The translations under genes were made by a program, and so were the position numbers. The notes under the pieces were generated by a model that was not told the origin of the DNA, made no database searches, and worked only from the letters and a program-made list of their open reading frames with translations. 64,000 nt of DNA, from positions 1,568,001 to 1,632,000 of the forward strand of contig OZ245003.1 in NCBI GenBank assembly GCA_965223425.1. Reading direction: 5' to 3'. Source of the stretch: Nitrosopumilus sp. Its GTDB lineage: Archaea > Thermoproteota > Nitrososphaeria > Nitrososphaerales > Nitrosopumilaceae. This document shows positions 59,687 through 64,000 of the stretch, one piece after another (the first letter of the stretch is position 1; every line of letters begins with the position of its first letter).

Positions 59687-61245
59687 GACAGGATTCGCAT
59701 TCAGACGGCCCAATAATGCGGCGTAAAAGTATGTTTTTAATTCTTATAATCCTGTCTGCGGGAATTCTTGCCTGTCTGGTGACATCGCAAGAAAGCATGG
59801 CAGATACGTGGCAGTTTGGCCAGCTGAGGCACGGTGAGACGTTTGAATACTATATCTGTGACAATGTGACACTTGATCGTAGAACTGGGCTGTCGTCAAA
59901 ATGCTATGAGATGGAGATGTGGGTGGTTGATCGGGTTCCGACTGATACCGGTCCGGTGTGGATATTACACGTGACAATATTGGGTGGTGAGGAGAAGCAT
60001 GATCTGATACTACTAAATGAAAGATTTCAGCCACAGTCGATTTACCACCAGTATGTGGAGGACTCGCTTGCATCTACCATATTCTGGGGCCCAAAATATT
60101 TCACGGAATTTGAGACGGTTATCGGAAACAGCATAGCCACCGTACCGTCAAAGTATAATGACGTGGATATCATCGTGTCTGATTTTGTTGACTTTCAGGG
60201 AGACAGGGAATATTTGTTGCAGTGGAGCAACGACTATGAGAATCAGATGTGGATACGCAACACATCGCCACTGCCGTCAAAGGCGACAGTCTACTCTGAG
60301 ATCCATTCCGGGTTCAAGTCCCACATTGCATACGAGTACGAGCTAAAATCACATTCCTCAAATTTCGACACAACGCTTGGAGCAGACGAGGGTTTTCCTG
60401 ACGGCTTTTTTCCAGGTAATGTGGGCGGTGACATTTCGATATTAGATGATCCATTTGATGAGATGTCAGAAAATGACATCACAAACGATATTGATGTTTT
60501 CATTCCAGAGGAAATCACTCCATCTGACATTCAGGAGAATGGCACAGGAGCCTCAATTCCTGACTTTGTGCCAGAGGAAATCACTCCATCTGATCAGGCA
60601 AACGATACGGACATTACAATTCCTGACTTTGTGCCAGAGGAAATCACTCCATCTGACATTCAGGAGAATGGCACAGGAGCCTCAATTCCTGACTTTGTGC
60701 CAGAGGAAATCACTCCATCTGATCAGGCAAACGATACGGACATTACAATTCCTGACTTTGTGCCAGAGGAAATCACTCCATCTGATCAGGCAAACGATAC
60801 GGACATTACAATTCCTGACTTTGTGCCAGAGGAAATCACTCCATCTGATCAGGCAAACGATACGGACATTACAATTCCTGACTTTGTGCCAGAAGAGATC
60901 ACTCCATCTGACATTCAGGAGAATGGCACAGGTAATGATATTACAAACGATACGTCAAATGACTTGTTAATTGTTAATGATGATGTGCCAGGTGATATAG
61001 TTACAGCTGATAACGCGACTATAGGTATTTCGCAAGATGAAATTGATGAGATAATTACGAATCTCATTGACGGAATTTCAGAAGATCAAGATGAGATTCC
61101 AGCTGATATCCCAGCCGATACGCCAGATGAGATTCCGGAACCGCAGGCCACAACGGAGGATGTGCAATCAGACAACAGTGATATGCAACAAGATGATTTC
61201 CTTGCAGGCATTGTGTCGTTTTTTAAGTCGCTGTTTGGCCTTTAA
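59683..61245 (+). CDS. secreted acidic repeat-containing surface protein
   Basis: signal peptide, acidic repeats with N-x-T sequons, amphipathic C-terminus FFKSLFGL. Confidence 0.75.
   Translation: MRQDSHSDGPIMRRKSMFLILIILSAGILACLVTSQESMADTWQFGQLRHGETFEYYICDNVTLDRRTGLSSKCYEMEMWVVDRVPTDTGPVWILHVTILGGEEKHDLILLNERFQPQSIYHQYVEDSLASTIFWGPKYFTEFETVIGNSIATVPSKYNDVDIIVSDFVDFQGDREYLLQWSNDYENQMWIRNTSPLPSKATVYSEIHSGFKSHIAYEYELKSHSSNFDTTLGADEGFPDGFFPGNVGGDISILDDPFDEMSENDITNDIDVFIPEEITPSDIQENGTGASIPDFVPEEITPSDQANDTDITIPDFVPEEITPSDIQENGTGASIPDFVPEEITPSDQANDTDITIPDFVPEEITPSDQANDTDITIPDFVPEEITPSDQANDTDITIPDFVPEEITPSDIQENGTGNDITNDTSNDLLIVNDDVPGDIVTADNATIGISQDEIDEIITNLIDGISEDQDEIPADIPADTPDEIPEPQATTEDVQSDNSDMQQDDFLAGIVSFFKSLFGL
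60505..60932 (+). repeat. coding tandem repeat of 66-bp (A) and 63-bp (B) units, order A-B-A-B-B-B-A(partial)
   Basis: PEEITPSDIQENGTGASIPDFV / PEEITPSDQANDTDITIPDFV. Confidence 0.9.
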
Positions 61246-61480
61246 CTCAATTTCAAGCGCGGATGCGTCGATCCAAATTTCCGTAACGCAAGTTACGGCC
61301 CCATTGAAGCAAACTAAAAACATTACCATGTTACAGTTCTGTACGTTTCAAACAATGACATCATGGAGGGTGTTGCAACACCTGGCGAATTTGCGCGAGT
61401 GATAAGCAAGGAAATCCTCACACCGAGACGGACATGAATAAATCTTTGAAAACTCAAAGTTTTCGGAATAGATCCAAGCG

Positions 61481-61551
61481 CGGACACGTCGGGAGCCGGA
61501 CCCGAATCTCCCAGTTCTTACGTAGGTGCATGGCCGTCATGCTACGTGCCC
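61481..61551 (-). ncRNA. tRNA-like cloverleaf (atypical or pseudo-tRNA)
   Basis: GGGCACG-TA-GCAT-GACGGCC-ATGC-A-CCTAC-GTAAGAA-CTGGG-AGAT-TCGGG-TCCGGCT-CCCGA-CGTGTCC-G. Confidence 0.7.
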
Positions 61552-61702
61552 ACAAAGATTTATTAAATAATCCATGCCAACAATCCCAGTTCTTACGTAG
61601 GTTAGGCCAGCGTGCTAATCTCTTTTTCTGTTTTGGAATGAAGGTTTGTGTTATCGTAAATGCAGGTTTCATAAAGTTGATGACCCGCGCTTGTATGAAT
61701 AG

Positions 61703-62113
61703 ATGAACGGGGAGGACCAGCTACAGATTGCAGCACTTGCAGGATACATCGAGCATACATGCGGCATACACAAATCCCTGATCAGGGCAGAACATCGCAT
61801 ACTATTATACGACAACAAAGTGATAGGGATATTTTCAAAAATCACCGACAACATATGCAGAAGAACCACAACGCTAAACCCCGACATCATAATCCTGAAC
61901 AAGTCCAGAAGGAAGATACGGCTGGTAATAGAGCTTGACGGCTCGGCGCACGACCGGCCACACATTGACCGTGGCAGAACCAGGAGGCGGAACATGTTGT
62001 ACAAAATGGCAAGGATTCCGTTCGTGGTGATCAACATCAGGGAGTTCAGGCGGCATCGAAAGTCATGGTTTGATTTTATTGACAGGAAGCTGGTGTCTAA
62101 CAACACGCATTGA
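61703..62113 (+). CDS. DUF559/Vsr-like endonuclease
   Basis: NPDII, LVIELDGSAH, RNMLYKMARIP. Confidence 0.75.
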   Translation: MNGEDQLQIAALAGYIEHTCGIHKSLIRAEHRILLYDNKVIGIFSKITDNICRRTTTLNPDIIILNKSRRKIRLVIELDGSAHDRPHIDRGRTRRRNMLYKMARIPFVVINIREFRRHRKSWFDFIDRKLVSNNTH

Positions 62114-62313
62114 AAAATGTGGAAATTAATATCTGAGTGGAATATATTTCTGTCACGAATCTGCGGTTCTGAAAATTTGCAAGATCATAAATCCGAACTG
62201 TTACCGATCACATCCCACATGGACACAGATTGTTTGTGGCAAAGAAGATTGAAGAAGAGCGCAGGCAAAATCCATAAAAACCAACTTTAAAAACAAACGG
62301 CCGGTTCAGTTTT

Positions 62314-62664
62314 ATGGATGAATCACCCGAACACAATCCTCCCGCCCCCTCAAAATGGTGGTACATCGGACATGCGTTTTTAGGGGTGATAACAGGTCTG
62401 GCATGCTACGTCCTGTACAAGGACAAGAACCCGCAGATGGCAAGAAGGCACCTGATCACCTCGATATGGTTCCCAATTGCAGTATGGGTCGGCCTCAGTC
62501 TGGTTTTGGCACTTGCATTTCCTTCCGATTACATGCTGGAAGATATGGCGCCGCTTGGGCATGATCTCATGGCGCTCAATGCAGGTGCAGAGTCTGATGG
62601 ACCATCATTCCCAGATCATAGGCAATTGGCATATACGGAGCCGATGATTGAATTTTTTATATAA
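62314..62664 (+). CDS. small membrane protein
   Basis: WWY...GVITGL...KDKNP.MAR with TM segments. Confidence 0.6.
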   Translation: MDESPEHNPPAPSKWWYIGHAFLGVITGLACYVLYKDKNPQMARRHLITSIWFPIAVWVGLSLVLALAFPSDYMLEDMAPLGHDLMALNAGAESDGPSFPDHRQLAYTEPMIEFFI

Positions 62665-62745
62665 TACCATATTTATTTAATTGTAGAAATGTACGTGTTT
62701 ACTTTGAAAAATATACTTCCAAATTAGCCTCAAAATGGAGAAAAA

Positions 62746-63771
62746 ATGGCAACCAACACACATACGTTTGAGGCAATACGTGGAATGCAGGCAGGCAGTA
62801 ATTTCTACATTGCCATGTGTACGCTAAAGTCAGTGGCCAAGCTGTTCACATATACTGATGCTGACATCCCGGCAGAACAGAGAGCGCAGCGAACCCTTCG
62901 AAAGTCCAGAATCCCAAAGATACGCGATTACATCCTGCAAAATTCAGATGACTATATTTTTTCATCAATTACAGTATCAGTTGACGGCAGGATAGCGTTC
63001 ACTCCGATTTCGGCAACCAGGAAGGATATCGGAATGATTTCATTCTCCCAGGATGCCTCTATCTTAATCAATGACGGCCAGCACCGCGCAGCTGCGATAA
63101 AAAATGCAATCGAGGAGAACCCACAGCTTGGCCAAGACAAAATCTCAGTTGTCTTCTTTGAGGACCTAAAGCTCGAAAAAAGCCAGCAGATGTTTGCGGA
63201 TCTTAACAAACATGCAGTAAAGCCGACAAGGTCGCTTGGAATATTATATGACAGGCGCAATGACTTTGCAATTTTCCTGGTCGAAATGATCAAAAGTATC
63301 AAGGTGTTCCATAACAGAATAGAGATGGAAAAGACCAGCATATCCAACCGCTCTACAAAGTTCTTTACGCTAAACGGCCTGGAGCTTGCGACCAAAAATC
63401 TCCTTGGAAAGGACAAAAACCTAAAAGAGGGCGAGAAAAAGACCGTAATTGATTTCTGGAACACCGTTGCAAAAAATATTCCAGAATGGTCGCTGTTGAT
63501 GGACAGGAAAGTGACTCCCACGGAACTGAGAAAGGACTGCGTTCACGCAAATACAAACATGCTGGAGGCCATCGCAATTGCGGGCAACAGGCTGATAAAA
63601 AACCATCCAAATGAATGGAAACAAAAACTGTCAGGCCTGCAAAAGATAGACTGGAGCAGGACAAACCGGGAATGGGACGACAAGATAATAATTAGAGGCA
63701 AGATGACAAAGACAAGGGCTGGAATGAACAGCGCCGCAAAAATTCTGATAAGGTACTGCGGGGGTAAATAA
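62746..63771 (+). CDS. dndB: DNA sulfur modification protein DndB
   Basis: AIRGMQAG, RAQR, YIFSSIT, INDGQHR, QQMFADLN. Confidence 0.92.
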   Translation: MATNTHTFEAIRGMQAGSNFYIAMCTLKSVAKLFTYTDADIPAEQRAQRTLRKSRIPKIRDYILQNSDDYIFSSITVSVDGRIAFTPISATRKDIGMISFSQDASILINDGQHRAAAIKNAIEENPQLGQDKISVVFFEDLKLEKSQQMFADLNKHAVKPTRSLGILYDRRNDFAIFLVEMIKSIKVFHNRIEMEKTSISNRSTKFFTLNGLELATKNLLGKDKNLKEGEKKTVIDFWNTVAKNIPEWSLLMDRKVTPTELRKDCVHANTNMLEAIAIAGNRLIKNHPNEWKQKLSGLQKIDWSRTNREWDDKIIIRGKMTKTRAGMNSAAKILIRYCGGK

Positions 63772-64000
63772 TGGAATCAGTTTTCAAGTCAAGAACCCTC
63801 GGTGATATACATGCGGAAATTCAGCAAGTCTATCTTGGGGACAAAAGGCCGTGGATTCTCGGATTTAGCGGAGGCAAGGACTCTACCTGCATGATACAGA
63901 TAGTGTGGACTGCACTGTCAAAACTGCCAAAATCCAAGCTCACAAAAAAGATCTATGTGATATCTTCTGACACCCTGGTCGAATCGCCAAAAATAGTGGA
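63771..64000 (+). CDS. dndC: DNA phosphorothioation sulfurtransferase DndC (partial, runs off the window)
   Basis: RPWILGFSGGKDST, SDTLVESP; TAATG-coupled to dndB. Confidence 0.9.
   Translation, partial: MESVFKSRTLGDIHAEIQQVYLGDKRPWILGFSGGKDSTCMIQIVWTALSKLPKSKLTKKIYVISSDTLVESPKIV

Larger units (their letters stand above)
11020..64000. mobile_element. large integrated element with its own replication module; right end outside the window
   Basis: integrase at left edge; visibly higher GC than host genes; dense small Zn-finger ORFs; replication, TFB, ParB, MTase and Dnd genes. Confidence 0.85.

Noticed and set aside
11020-64000. Casposon or pipolin
   Set aside because: No Cas1; PolB looks like the cellular B1 type rather than protein-primed or primer-independent PolB; no terminal inverted repeat identified.
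11020-64000. Confident provirus or ICE call
   Set aside because: No recognisable capsid, portal, terminase, VirB4, VirD4 or relaxase in the window; the right part of the element is not visible.

Overview
Archaeal window, most likely Nitrosopumilus-like Thaumarchaeota, judged from host genes (oligoendopeptidase F, pyruvoyl arginine decarboxylase, BCP peroxiredoxin, DsbA, DEAD-box helicase, a PEF-CTERM protein) and an archaeal tRNA-Thr. Bases 1-11,000 are host chromosome, interrupted at about 4.58-5.76 kb by a collapsed relic of a mobile element. From about 11,020 to beyond the window end lies a >53-kb integrated element. It carries a tyrosine integrase, an RHH switch, a Rad52-like annealing protein, six ParB-fold genes and two TFB homologues. 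It also has its own replication block: two D5/SF3 helicase paralogues, an origin-like region with 9 identical 54-bp repeats, a PolB1-type polymerase, a DinG/XPD helicase, PriL and a SNF2 helicase. Several DNA-modification systems are present (MT-A70, a beta-class MTase, a type IIG R-M split at a G10 tract, dndB/dndC). No capsid, terminase or VirB4/VirD4 gene is recognisable in the window. Most notable unannotated signals: a Ser-type (long variable arm, G73) tRNA with a Phe GAA anticodon in two divergent copies; a further tRNA-like cloverleaf; a membrane-anchored PIN RNase and soluble paralogue interleaved with two copies of a structured ~100-bp repeat; a K-loop hairpin; a 58-bp near-perfect palindrome; and several gene cassettes bracketed by direct repeats. 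All family calls come from motif recognition by eye, without database searches.
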